Below, in pieces: positions 1-12,865 of a stretch of 64,000 bases of DNA. The position numbers were made by a program, and so were the translations under genes. The stretch lies in NCBI GenBank assembly GCA_964057225.1, contig OZ059895.1, positions 16,988,001-17,052,000 on the forward strand, given 5' to 3'. How positions within the stretch are numbered: the first letter of the stretch is position 1; every line of letters begins with the position of its first letter. Source of the stretch: Auanema rhodensis. Its lineage: Eukaryota; Animalia; Nematoda. The notes beneath the pieces are model-generated. The model made no database searches and was not told the DNA's origin. It saw nothing but the letters and a program-made list of their open reading frames with translations.

Positions 1-47
1 AATAAGATAAAGAGAGATATAGAGAGAGATATATGAAAACAGAGAGA

Positions 48-51
<4 letters not shown>

Positions 52-109
<58 letters not shown>
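52..109. repeat. (GA)n microsatellite
   Basis: Perfect GA dinucleotide run in the tetraspanin intron. Confidence 0.95.
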
Positions 110-112
<3 letters not shown>

Positions 113-128
113 TATGAAGAAAACTCAC

Positions 129-525
129 CGAGTAGATTCCACATCGTAACTCCTTATGAATAGAATATATACATAAAAGCTGGTTTATGATTGCAATTGC
201 TGATACAACTGCTAGAATTCTGGCCACATCAACATAAAGCGAAGGATCAAGAAGTTCGGCATATTGCCCACGAGATGCAGCCAGCCATGATCCATAAACA
301 ATACAAGCTATGCAATATAACTGAAAGAAAGAAAAGAATGTTGGAATGAATAACTAGAACAATCATAACCTAATCATATCATATAGTTAATATTGATAAA
401 TTAAAAAAAAAAATGCGAGAAAAGTAAATATAACAAACCATTGCAATGACACTAAGGGCAATAAAGGAAATTCGCAATGAGCGACCAACCGATCCATAGG
501 CTGACCAACGACTGAATGTGCCCAT
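129..525 (-). CDS. tsp-15: Tetraspanin, TSP-15-like (first two exons; gene continues off the left edge)
   Basis: Exons 525-439 (MGTFSRWSAYGSVGRSLRISFIALSVIAM) and 320-129 (LYCIACIVYGSWLAASRGQYAELLDPSLYVDVARILAVVSAIAIINQLLCIYSIHKELRCGIYS), GT-AG phase-0 intron. TM1-EC1-TM2 layout; the QYAEL..PSLYVDV.RIL segment matches my recollection of C. elegans TSP-15. Confidence 0.8.
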
Positions 526-3500
526 GGCTCAACTATAAGACAAACTTTTGTAAAATAAACAATATTTTAAGAATAACAAGAGAAACAAAAAAAAAAGAAA
601 TTTTTGAAAAAAAAATGAAAAATCTATTAAGACAACAGAAATCAATAGCCATATATACATATATATTGAAAAAGCAAGTTTGTGAACAAAGAAAATGAAA
701 ATATTTCATGCCTGTTCATGTGATTAATGCCATGATTGGATGAAAACTGTCAGCATCTGAACGAATCAAAGTGCGGAAAAGGACATATAGATGAGGTAAA
801 AAAGTCAAAACTGTATGAATCTATTATGGATTATATGAAGAAGAAGAAGAAGAAGAAGAAGAAGCAGAATGATTCTATAAGCTTTTAGGTTTGATCATAT
901 GATATTGCTTCTGTCTACTTCTTCAACAACGATGCTCCTCAGCATTACTGATCACACCACTTCTTCAATAATGATGCTGGAGATGATGATAATGATGAAA
1001 CTCAAAATGATTTTAAAAAAAAAATACTTATAGTAATAGAATGAAACTTAAGTTGTTAGATAATTAGAATTATAGACACATTTGTAGAAAAAAATAACAA
1101 TAATTATAGAAATTAGCTGAAGAATTGGCTGAACAGACATCGTCACATACATTTCAAAATGTTCCGGATGGAGGATGAGTAATCAACATGCCTTTCATTT
1201 TATTATTTTTTTTTTTTGGAATTAGAGAAGCATCACATTTTTCAGTTCAATGATCAACAGAAGAACATACAGCCAGAATCAATAAAAATAACAGACTAAT
1301 CAACAAAAAGGAACATGAATTAGTTCTTTTTTCTTGTAAAAAAAACTAAGGAATTGCTTAGAAAAACATGATTCTCTCAAGTTTACCACAATCGATTTAA
1401 ATTGGAACGAAGGTCAATCAATGGACATTACGTAAAAGCGTGTTACGTAAATCTCCTTCCTTCTTTCCTTCCTTCAACACAGGCATGATTGGCGGAATTT
1501 GGATATCTTTCCTTAGATGACTAGCCCGTGAGACTGTGTATGTGTGTATGTGTGTATGTGTGTGTGTGTGGGTGTGGGTGTAAGTCTATGTAGCTACAAG
1601 AGGACATACAAGAGGTTTGATGTTGATGGTGCAGACAGTATGAATGATTATAATCTCCGAATGCGATGTCTGAACTGTAGACGAGAGTTCCTTTTATCTC
1701 GAACGTCTCTCTCTCACACACTCTCTTATAACTTCTTTTTCCGATTCTTCTGAATCTCAAACAGCTGTGTTCAGCATTGGCCGCGAACGACCACAGCTTC
1801 GATGCGAAGATCGTTCAGAAGTTTCCAAAGTTAATATTATGAGAAGAAAGGCGCTAAAAGTTCTAAGAGTGGGACAAAGGGCTATCCCCCTTCCCAACTC
1901 ATTCGTACTTTTAGAATTCTTCCAGTAGTAGTTAGACTCTTAGTCTTATCAAGTTTTACAGAGAAATACCAGTTATGAGATAACTGTTGATATACATATG
2001 TAGATTAAATGAAAACTAAAGTAAAAGAAGAATATCATAGGGGAAATTATTGGAGCATATTAAACTTGGAATCATGCAAACTAAAAAGGGGAAGAGGATC
2101 AGAGCCGAATAGCCATAATAAGAAGTAGTAAATGAAGAAACATAGATTAAATAACAAAAAAAGACATAAAGAAAATATATAACACCAGACTAGGTGGATT
2201 AACAACATGATGCTTCTTCTCATCTCACACCCTGTACCAGTCCTCTGTCTCCCCCCGTTTATCTCACTCTCTCTTCTTCTTCTTCTTATTTCTCTCTTTT
2301 AGACCAATAGCCATATATGCTTATCATGTTTTGAAATCAATATTCATCTATCTCATACACTTAGGATAAGAGAATTAGACATCAGATGGGGTGCACAACT
2401 ACTTCTTAGAACGGGTGTATGTCTCTCCTTCATGTATGCATGCGCTGCGGGACGAAATGCAGCCAACGACATCTTTTAGACTACCGTCGTCATCACCTCT
2501 ACCACCATATACACGCAGACGTCATCATCTCTTCCATGCTTTCTTTCCTTCCTTGCTTTCTGCCTTCCTTCCTTGCTTTCTGTCTTCCTTCTTTTCCACA
2601 CCACGATTCTCCTACCCCTTTTCCACTGCCACCATCGCCATCTTCCACCAACGGAACCGGAACATGTTGGCTGCTTGGTTAGCGATGCCTAGGAGAGAAG
2701 TGGAAGAAGAGGAGAATAAACTGAGAGCGAAGTCGATGAAGATGATGTAGCAGAACAGTCGCTGATGGCGCCTTTTTCTCTTGCTGTCATTGTAGCTGTG
2801 TATCTCTGCTAACCTCTTTTCCAACTTGTCAAGCCAATCATCTTGGCAAGTCTCGATCGAACGTCTGCCGACATAAAAAAAGAGAAGCGAAATGAGATAA
2901 AGAGAAAGCAAATTGTTCGGCTGTTGAAGCAGAGAGAACAAGAGAGAGATATATAAAGAGAAATTACGAGATAAAAAGAAAGAGAGGCAGACAGAAAGAA
3001 AGAGAGAGAAAGAAAGAGAGAGAGAGAGATAAAAGAGGACCACGAGCGACGGATAATACAAAGAGAATTACATGAGAGGAAGTGAATGACAGGTAAGCAT
3101 GACCAATTCAACTGTTCAACGAACCGTCCTCAGTGAACCTCTCGAACTTACTTGATCTATCTGAAACTCTCTCTCTTTCTCTCTCTTTTTCTCAGATCTG
3201 CTCTTATCTTATTTTACAAATGCAAATCAAAGTTTTCTCACCACGAGGTCAGAAAAGAAAAGAAAATAAATTGAGAAAATCAGTAAAAATTGACAATTAC
3301 AAGCAGCTGTAATTCATTTCAGTACGATGTATCGCACTCTATAAAGCACTGACAGCGTCAGTAGGACGAAGCATCAACGAAAAATGGCAAAACTAAAGCT
3401 GATTGAACGAAATAAACAAGATTGCCAAGTACTGTCGTCTGAATGTTTTCTGGACTGGCTATTGTTGTTTAGTGACTTTCAGAAGAATAGGTGAACAGAG

Positions 3501-4339
3501 AGAAAGAAAGAAAGAGAGAAAATCATAGAGAGAGAGAAGGAGAGAGAGAGAGAGAAAATTCCATTTTATAGTCAAATATATTGGAACTCATCAAACATTT
3601 CATGCTGTTCATTGATAGAAATATATACTTTTTTATAAGAAAAGATTAGTAAAGACATATTTGATGAGTAAAAGCTGAGAAAATATACTGATAGTGATGA
3701 TGATACAACATTATGCTGACTCGACGAAGCCAGTTGACTGTTCTCGATTTCGAGTACATTATCACAGATGCAGAAGAATAGTTAGGAATCATGGAATAGC
3801 ATCTAGTCTAGTTGCTCTTATTATATTGTTCGCAATAGCTAAAAGTACAATAAGACCTATGAAAACGTTCTCTACTTTCACAACTGCAGGTACTTTCTAC
3901 TGACATTTGGTTTTTATAACATTGAGAGGGTGGGAGGAAAGAAAGAACGAAGAGAGTAAAGGGGGTGGGACAATAAGATGAAGGAAGGAAACGTTGGAAA
4001 GTGAGCTCAGTAAGTTCAATGAGCAATTGTGCCTGTTTCTAACCATGCACACATCTATTATTAGTGGAAAATAAATAGATAAGATGTATACGCGAAATTT
4101 GTAGATGAGGATCGAACGACTAAGGAGTTTTCAAGCATTGATATATATATATATATATACATTTGATTTGTTTACAAAGTTCGAAATGTTTGTGATTAAT
4201 GGTCGGGTGGGCATCTGTAAGGTAAAAACAGATAGGCCAAAAGTAAATTTGTTCGTGACATTTAAACATAAGATGATGTATGCTTCATGTAATACTGTTA
4301 TGATCACTTAAGATGAATTAGAATGTTTATATGACCATT

Positions 4340-4340
<1 letters not shown>

Positions 4341-4393
<53 letters not shown>
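4341..4393. repeat. (GA)n microsatellite
   Basis: Perfect AG run. Confidence 0.95.
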
Positions 4394-4396
<3 letters not shown>

Positions 4397-6194
4397 GCAT
4401 AATGTCGCTGTACACATCATACACATGTAGTATATAGGAAATATGATGTTAATGATGAAACACATACATATACATGAAGACAATAAACAAAAGAAATATT
4501 TATCATCTAGTTATAATTTGATAGAAGAAAATGAAGAAGAAATACACGACCGTTCTTCACGCATTCATCGCATCAGATGCAATTCTTCGTTTTCAAATTT
4601 TTCACGTGAAAATTTTGCCGCGTCAAATGACGCGCGTGAAGGTCTGGTTCAGACAGACAGCCTGTTCTCTTTTGCTTCTGTGAAATGAATGCTTTTCTGC
4701 ATTTGAGCGAGGAAAACGCCTCAGCGTGCTTCTATTGCCGCTTCTACTGCTGATGATGCCTGAAGCGTTGTCAACGCCGTTTTTCGCACTTATCTCGTTT
4801 TCATTAAGCAAACTAGCGAAAATGACTATTGCAAATCCAGAAATGCTCACTCACACCTGAAGACACTGTGCCGAGAGAAAAAAGAGAGAGTGAGAGAGGT
4901 AGAGAGACAGAAGCTGAATGCGGAAGAGATTAAACGTGAGACAAAATAGAACAAGAGAAAATAAGGAAGAAAAAGAAACGAAAATAAACAAATTTTATGT
5001 GCAAAGTTGACAAAACTAAACTATTCTACTATTTATATTATATATTATAATAGTTTAGTTAAGTTTAATTAGATAAGATATAAAAAATATTTCGAATAAG
5101 TGATTTTTCTAGCTCTATAAACAATTTTGGTACTGATTAAGGTAAACAGTTGCTTACACATATTAGCGTTGTGTTACTTTTGTTATTGCAACTTCTCCTT
5201 CTGCTGCTGCTACTACTGCTGCTGCTGCTGCTGCTACAAGTGATATTGGTAGTATAGCTGCTAAACGATAGCCAAAGTTGAAACCGCACAATACTGGTGA
5301 CGGATTGAGATAGAAACAAACTGCTCCGACCTCCTGGAAGACCGGTAGCTCTTGGAGGTAGGATCTGTTTGCTCACCGACCAGATATTATACGCATCAAC
5401 CGGACGGCACAACTGGCAATTTTCATCTGTTGTATTAGGGCGCACAAGCCTACGCTGTTTAATTTCGCAAACTATCTCACGTCTTCACGTGCACTCACTC
5501 ACGTAGGCGGCAAAAAAGGATTTTTTTCTTCAAAAATCGTCATAAGATGCTTCCGTGTGCATCCGGTTAGTAGACGAGTAAGTGTGTGTGTGTGTGTGTG
5601 AGTGAATTGAGAAAAGGAATATCATGTGCTTGTAGTAGTATACTAGTAGCACCACGTGTACCTATCTCATACCATCGGCGACAACTACGACAGGAATTTA
5701 TCATGACGAATTTCGAAAATAAAAATTTCAAATAGACCTATAGACAGATAGCATAAGATTGTTTGGAAAAGTACGTACGTATGTGATGTGTATACTAGTA
5801 TGTACAGGTATACTATGATCAACATACATACATATAGCATAACATTGAGAAAATACCAAAGATTGTATAAAATATTTTCTTCAAATGTTGTTGAGAAAAC
5901 TGAAAACATTGTTTTATCTTTTCGGTCATTTTTCCGGCACCCACATTCTTAAGTTATTTCATATTAAACACTTCCTGCAATGAGTATAATCTTTATTTAA
6001 TAACATTTACAAATTGTTTATCAGAATATTTACCCTATGCTTGTAAATAAAAGTTTGTTTCTTCACATTATAGTTAAACTCTTCAAAAATAAATAAAAAG
6101 AAAGAAGCTTCTATTAAATTAAAATTTGTTCCGTATTTCTATTAGAATATCAGATAATTTACTATTTCTTTTATATTTTAAATTCTTCATTCTC

Positions 6195-9100
6195 TTATAC
6201 TACTGGTACTAGAGTATTCCGAACATTATCTCCATGACGCACCCGGTGATAGAAGTGATGGCCAGATCTTGTGGCTCGAAATTGGTAGGATCGATCTCTG
6301 AATTGAATTATAAGGTTTAATTGAAAATATTCAGAGTATTGTGTCAACCTTCGTGTTAAAACCTTCTCAGCTGGACAGATATCCACATGCTTTCTAACAT
6401 AATCAAGTCGGTTGGTTGTTGTAGCATCAAATGCTCCATGAGATACATGTAAACTCTCTTCAGGTCTAATTAAACTAGCTCGATCACCTATAAAACTCTT
6501 TGAATTAGTAAGAAACTAAAAGAGAAAGTTTCTTTACAACCTTGTTTTCTCAAATATCCTTCCTTGTAGGTTGTGCTGCTTTCGAAAGGCAAACCAACCT
6601 CGATCTGATGGCTGCGGGGACGAACCATAATTGGTCTGAAACAACAACAAGTCAATGCTATTTACTCCTTTGTTTATATAAAGCTTATTGGAAAAGTTTA
6701 GGAAAATCATACTTCTCAGCAAGTTTTTTTGTGAAATCAGTTTGTGTTGTGGTCAAGCCATCCATTGTACCTTCTAATACAAATGATGAAGAAGAGGGAC
6801 GTATAGCTGATGTTCGATTCGCCTAATTTAGAAATTCTTGCTTTATAACATTTCAAACTTAAAATTTTTTGTTTTTATCTGTATTATCAAAAACTTGAAT
6901 GTTTTTCTTTGAATTAATCATTTCTTAACTTACATATTTTCTGTCAAAATCACTTTTATGGGTTGTTATTCCGCTGAATTCTCCACTTTGCACAGCGGTG
7001 ATCGCAGGACGATAAGCATGGCTACGTACAGTCTAATCAACAGAAAATAGATGAAATGTTTTGTGAAAATAAGGAAAAAAACCTGTTTTCGATCAAAATC
7101 ATATTTGTGAGTTGTCATATCTTCAAACTCTCCACTTTGAATGGCAGATATAGCTGGCTTTATAGCTTGTTGTCTATCTGCCTTAAAAAGAAAATCATGT
7201 TACATCTATGTGTCCCAAGTAGATATGAATAACCTTCTTCTCATCGAAATCGGCTCTGCTTGTTGTTGTATCTGTAAATTCTCCCGAACTAATAGGCAAT
7301 TGATGGGGCTTGAACGATTGACTACGATCAGCCTGAAGCATTTGGATTACATAACCCCAAGTTGCAAAGCTTCTAACTTTTTTATTGTCATAATCAGCCT
7401 TGTTGGTTGTGATATCTATGAATTCTTCAGACCTAATGGGCAAGTGGTGAGGTTTAAATGATTGACTGCGATCTGCCTGAAACGCATTGATTAAGAAACA
7501 TGAGATACGACTTCTTCTTCTGACTATTTTCCTATCGTAATCAGCCTTGTTTGTTGTAATGCCTGTAAATTCTCCAGAACTATGAACCATATTTGGAGGT
7601 CGATAAGCTTGAGTTCGTTCTCTCTGAAGTAGCGAGAAACATGATAAGAAATTTTAAAAAATATGAAATTATGCCTTTTTTCTATCAAAATCAGCTCTGT
7701 TAGTTGTTACATCAGTGAATACTCCATTATTTATGGGTACAACAGAAGGCTTGAATGGTAGTGCACGTTCAGCCTGAAATGACCGGCTCAACTAGATATG
7801 CTTCATATTTGAAGTGAAAAATCATTTCATCTGAAGGAAGTAATGAAAGCCATACATGTTTCAGATCAAAATCACTCTGCTGGGTCGTTTTGTCATCAAA
7901 ATATCCACTTTGAACTAAAGTAATGGGTGGTTTGAAAGAAGCATTTCTCTCCGCCTGAAAAGATTTGGTTGCAGAGTGCTGAAGAAAAGGAAGAATAACC
8001 TCTTTTCGATCAAAATCTGCTTTGTTTGTAGTTATTCCAGTAAATTCACCACTTTCAATATGGGTAACAGGTGGACGATATGCGGAAACCTTTTCAGCCT
8101 GAAATACAAGTTATTACTTCGGTAAAGAGTACTCGTTTTCATTGAGTTTGAACAAACATTTTTGAAATCATAGTCGCTCTTATGAGTTGTATTTCCATCA
8201 AAATCTCCCGTTTGTATAACCGTAACTGGGGGTCGATATGATTGTTGTTTTTCTGGCTGAATATTTCAAATATACTACTTCATTATGATTGAAACATGGA
8301 TTTCAAAACCTGCTTCAAGTTGAAATCATTCTTATGTGTTGTAACTCCATTGAATTCACCGCGTTGGACAACAGTTATGGGAGGTTTCAATGCATGGCTT
8401 CTTTCACCCTAAAACGATATCAAAATTGTTCTTCTCTTATCAGTTTCAAACAATTTTTTTATCAAAATCGGCTCTGTTTGTTGTTTCATCTGAGAATTGT
8501 CCTGATTGGATAGGGTTAGTGACTGGCTTGAATGCATGACTTCGTTCAGCCTATAAAAGGAAAAATTGCTAATTATACATATAATTAAAGCATGTCATAA
8601 ATATAAAAATAATAAAATTGATAAAAATAAAAGAATAAACGTCAATATAATTTTTTGTTCCTTTCAAATTACAAAGACGAACCAATTTTTTATCGAAATC
8701 AGCCCTATTCGTTGTCACATCAGTAAATTCGCCTTTGTCAGTGACCGTCACAGCTGGCTTGAACGGTTGTAGCTTTTCGGCCTAAATTCAATTTTGTTAA
8801 TATGTTCTCCATCGATTTTAATAAAATATATTTTAAAATATTCACACCTTTTTTCGATCAAAATCAGCTTTATTCGTTGTCTGTCCACTAAATTCACCCG
8901 TTTGAAGTGCTGTAACAGGCGGACGATATCCACGATTTCGTTCAACCTACAAGAATATCTGTTGTTTGTTTACAACATAATGATTTTATGATTTATTTGA
9001 AGAAAAAAAAGATATTCATCTAGTTAATAGCTGTTCTTTGTACTTTCAAATCATAATTGTTTGTCTAAATTGCTCAAATAACTTCATCCTGCTCTTCACA

Positions 9101-10836
9101 AATATGAAAGAATACACATATGTTTATACAATTTCATGTATACATATAGTATTTCTCTTAAATCTTTTTGTTACTTTTTACAATTTCTATATAAGATTCT
9201 GATTACGAGGATGGAAAATATTGAAAAAACGGAATATGACTCACCTGTTTCATGTCAAAATCACTTTTGTGCGTTGTAATGCCACTGAATTCGCCACTTT
9301 GAAGTACCGTGTTAGGCGGTTTATACACCTGGCTACGTTCAGCCTGTAATATTTGATTCTTCCAAATAGAAACAAAATTTTCTTCACAAAAAATTAAAAT
9401 CAATCGTTACAACTTGTATTTGACGTTGTTGTTGTTGTTGTTGTTGTTGTTGTTATTTTTAGTATTCAATCAATCAATTAATTTTTTTATGTTCAAGTTC
9501 TTTCGTGTAAGTTTCAGTTTTTTTTAATTTATTCAAACAAGAAAAAAAGACAAAGTTCTAGCATATTCTATTCAGCTATATATATTGAGCTTTAAAACTT
9601 TGTGTGTATTTAAGAAAAGAATGAAAGGAAAAAAAACATTTTTTGAATGTTTTTTTTTCTTTTTTTCATTTAAAATAGTAAAAAGAAGTTAAAAGTAAAA
9701 CTGATTGATTTCGAGAACAATGAGAAAAAGGTGATGTTGATGATGATGATGATCAACTGAAGGTGACTCACATATTTTCGATCGAAGTCAATTTTACTTG
9801 TTGTTCGACCATCAAATTCTCCACTTTGTATAGGTTCAATAACTGGACGAAAACTTTGAGTTCTATCGACCTGCAATTTCATGTTTTTTTTTGTTGAAAA
9901 AGAGAAGAAATTCTCTAATTCTTTTCCTGTTTCCTCTTGTTTCATATAAAAATTGAACGAAAAATACGTTATGTTGAAACGTTACGAACATATTTTCTAT
10001 TGTAATCCTTTTGATGTGTTGTTATTCCTTCGAATTCACCCGACTGTAGAACAGTTTGAGCTGGGCGACTCAATGTAGATCTTAATTTGGAACAGAGAAG
10101 CCACCTATTTCTTCAATTTTGTCAACTAACCTTTCGGCCTTTTTTAACGAATATTGAGTTCCATATTCAGTATAGCCATCTATAGCTCCGGAAGCTGCCC
10201 AATCTTCACCTTGATGAGGACATTTGTGATTTCTAAAAGCCAAAAGTAAGCAAGATTGAGAATAAACACATCCTATATGTTTTCCTGCTTCTGACAATTA
10301 CATTGCATAGGTAGTTCGCTATTCTGTTTAAGAAACTACCTTAATCATAGATAATTATAGTAGCGTAGGGACCTCAATTCAAAGGCATGAGGTACTACCT
10401 AGAGGTGGACAACTCAGCATTGTTCAAGCAGTATAACACACAGACTTACATACTTATATACATATATACAGAATAGATACAAAGCAAAAAAAATAAGAAA
10501 GAGAGAGAAAAAGAGATTTATAGCTTAACCTCTGTTAATAAAAAGGTTTTTTTTAGTAAAATTATGGCAAAAAATATGAATATTTAGAGGGATTTCCTCC
10601 AAAATTGAGAGAAATTCTTAAGTATATATCTATTTCTTTCTATCTATTCATGTATATATTCCTAATTCTTCCAATTTTTAATTTAAAAACAACAATTTCT
10701 TCATCGATACACAAGAATTGAATGATCACAGACTCTATGTGATAAGAAAGGCAACGATGTTCGTTGATCGTTCAACATACCCGCATTGGCAAATTTGACA
10801 GATACACTTTTCCTCTTCACTGTCCGAATTGATCAT
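6195..10836 (-). CDS. saxo-1: SAXO/FAM154 (stabilizer of axonemal microtubules)-like protein with ~20 Mn-type repeats
   Basis: Spliced N-terminus MINSDSEEEKCICQICQCG|NHKCPH (the SAXO Cys motif). Then ~20 33-aa repeats of consensus A(E/D)R...(Y/F)(K/R)P......SGEF.G.TT.K.DFD.K, and a C-terminal CPAE...YQF.....GHHFY motif. About 22 exons; stop TAA at 6197-6195. Confidence 0.88.
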
Positions 10837-10953
10837 TGACTATAACGCGGCAGGAAAGGTTAGAAAGAGTATGGCAGAGTTGAGAGGATATATCTTGATA
10901 GATGAGAATAGTATCACCAAAACAAGACGAAAACGTCTAAGGTCGAAGACGAT

Positions 10954-10967
10954 GTTGTCATAAAAAC
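10954..10967. promoter_or_regulatory. X-box (RFX/DAF-19 binding site)
   Basis: GTTGTCATAAAAAC fits GTHNYY-AT-RRNAAC on both strands and lies ~118 bp upstream of the SAXO ATG. Confidence 0.7.
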
Positions 10968-12846
10968 GACGAAATCGATCTAAAACAGCTTGAATTGAAG
11001 AAAGTTATGATGTTGCGTGTATATGCTTTAGATGTGTGAGTGAATGAATATAAACGAATGAGTGTGCATGTGCTTATAAAGAAAATGGAGTGAAGGTGCT
11101 CCAATAATTAGGCAGACGACGTAGTCTTGTCTGACCTGCTGAATATATAGAGCCAATGGTGTCTTATGATGTGCTCTCCCCCCAACCTCCTTCATATATG
11201 GACCTTGGAAACGCTGCCGACTGCACTAAGCGACGAGTCGTTAGTATAGGGACAACAAACAACAAAAAGAGAGCGCAGCTATACGAATAGAGAGAAGAGT
11301 GAGTTTTGAGCAGTAGGAAGCAGCATAACCAACTCATGCTCAATTGCATGAACGCTAAGAAAAACTGGTCAAATGTCTTTGACAGACTAAATAAAGAAAA
11401 GAGAGAAAAAAAAAAGGAAAATTCAGCTAGCAAAGAACAAGCATATAGAAAGGATATGCTTTGTTGGATTTAAATGGTAAATATAGAGTTTAGTAGAATA
11501 GCAAATGAAATTATTTCATAAAAAAATTCGAAATGTGCCTTATTTCAACAACTTTTCCAACTTTTCCAACTTTACTTAGGTTTGTGTTTATCATATTTTC
11601 AAATTACTCTAATTCTATTAATTAATTTTCTATTAAAATTTTGAATTTGATTTCAAATTCATTAGCATATAAACAACAAATGAAATGCGTCCGGCATTTC
11701 GCGCGAATTTAAAGATTCCACTTGTTCCATTTGCTAGTTGTGTATGTCTTGTTGTCGTCGTGTGCTTAAAATTAGTGTCTATGCTATCAATTTTCAAATT
11801 TAAAAACTTATTTCTTCTGTTTTTTTTTCATTTTTTTACATTTCGGAAGCGTTTAAAAAATTCTGTTGTGTTAATATATATGAAAAACCTTTTCAACAAG
11901 TGCTCAGTGGTCGATTTCTTCAGTTTTGTGATCTCAGCTTTTTTTTTGATGCCCTGATGCTGAGCAATACTTGTTTTTTTTGAGTTTTCAGCAAGGAGAG
12001 AGAGGAAGTGAGCGAAAGATAGTGTAAACAATGCACATTGATTGAAAAGGCTGGATATTTTGTTTGTTGGAAATTTTGTTTTGAGGTAATGCTTAAATAA
12101 CTGGCCGTTTAAATGTTCAGTTAAAATTATTTTTTTTTTCTCAATAGCCTTAATCATTTCGAACTCGATTATATTCATTTAATATTGATCAATTTGGATT
12201 ATTCTTCATGATATTGCATCCATTTCCATGGTGTGTTTGCATTTGTTGTTCAGCCGCATTGTTTTCTATAGCGTACTAGCTCAGAGGTACCTCCATCTTA
12301 GGCCTATATCGAATTTTTTGTTTACGCATTGACTTTCCCCAACAGCTAATGCTACCTTTAGACTATCATTAGCTACATAGTTTCTTTTTTTTTGTCTTCC
12401 GCTTATATATATGTGTATATTTATATTTAGAAAGAGAGAATGAATAAGAGGTTTTCAATGTTGATGCGAAATGAAACTTCCTTTCCTGGCCTTGAAATAA
12501 GATGCAACGGAATGTGAGAGAGGGAAAGATTTGAATTAGTGCGTAACACATTGAATTTGTGTTCTTCTTAACTAATGCTGCATCTGCTTCACAATTTCTG
12601 AATGATTTGAATTATCCTTCTTCCGTACACGTAATTAATACTACGCTTGTTGTTTACCTTGTCATTTTCTTTCATTCAGCACATTTTCGGCATTTTCATT
12701 TTATTCTTTTTGGATTTTTCAATTGTTTTTATCATACTTCTGTTTATAATTTTTCTATCATTTATATTGTCTGTTCTCTTATGTTTACTTAGTGCTTGCC
12801 GAGTCTTTCATATTTTCCACATTTGCTGAATTATGACAAGTTACAG

Positions 12847-12852
12847 TTTCAG
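12847..12852 (+). promoter_or_regulatory. Probable SL trans-splice acceptor of vps-13
   Basis: TTTCAG 13 nt before the ATG at 12866. Confidence 0.55.
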
Positions 12853-12865
12853 GTAGTCAGCCAAA

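Noticed and set aside
5137-5445. 102-aa minus-strand ORF with poly-Ser
   Set aside because: Non-ATG start, driven partly by a trinucleotide repeat, no family motif or supporting exons.
11520-12200. Possible ~10-bp periodic A/T clusters (PATC) upstream of vps-13
   Set aside because: Cannot be distinguished by eye from general AT-richness; needs a periodicity calculation.
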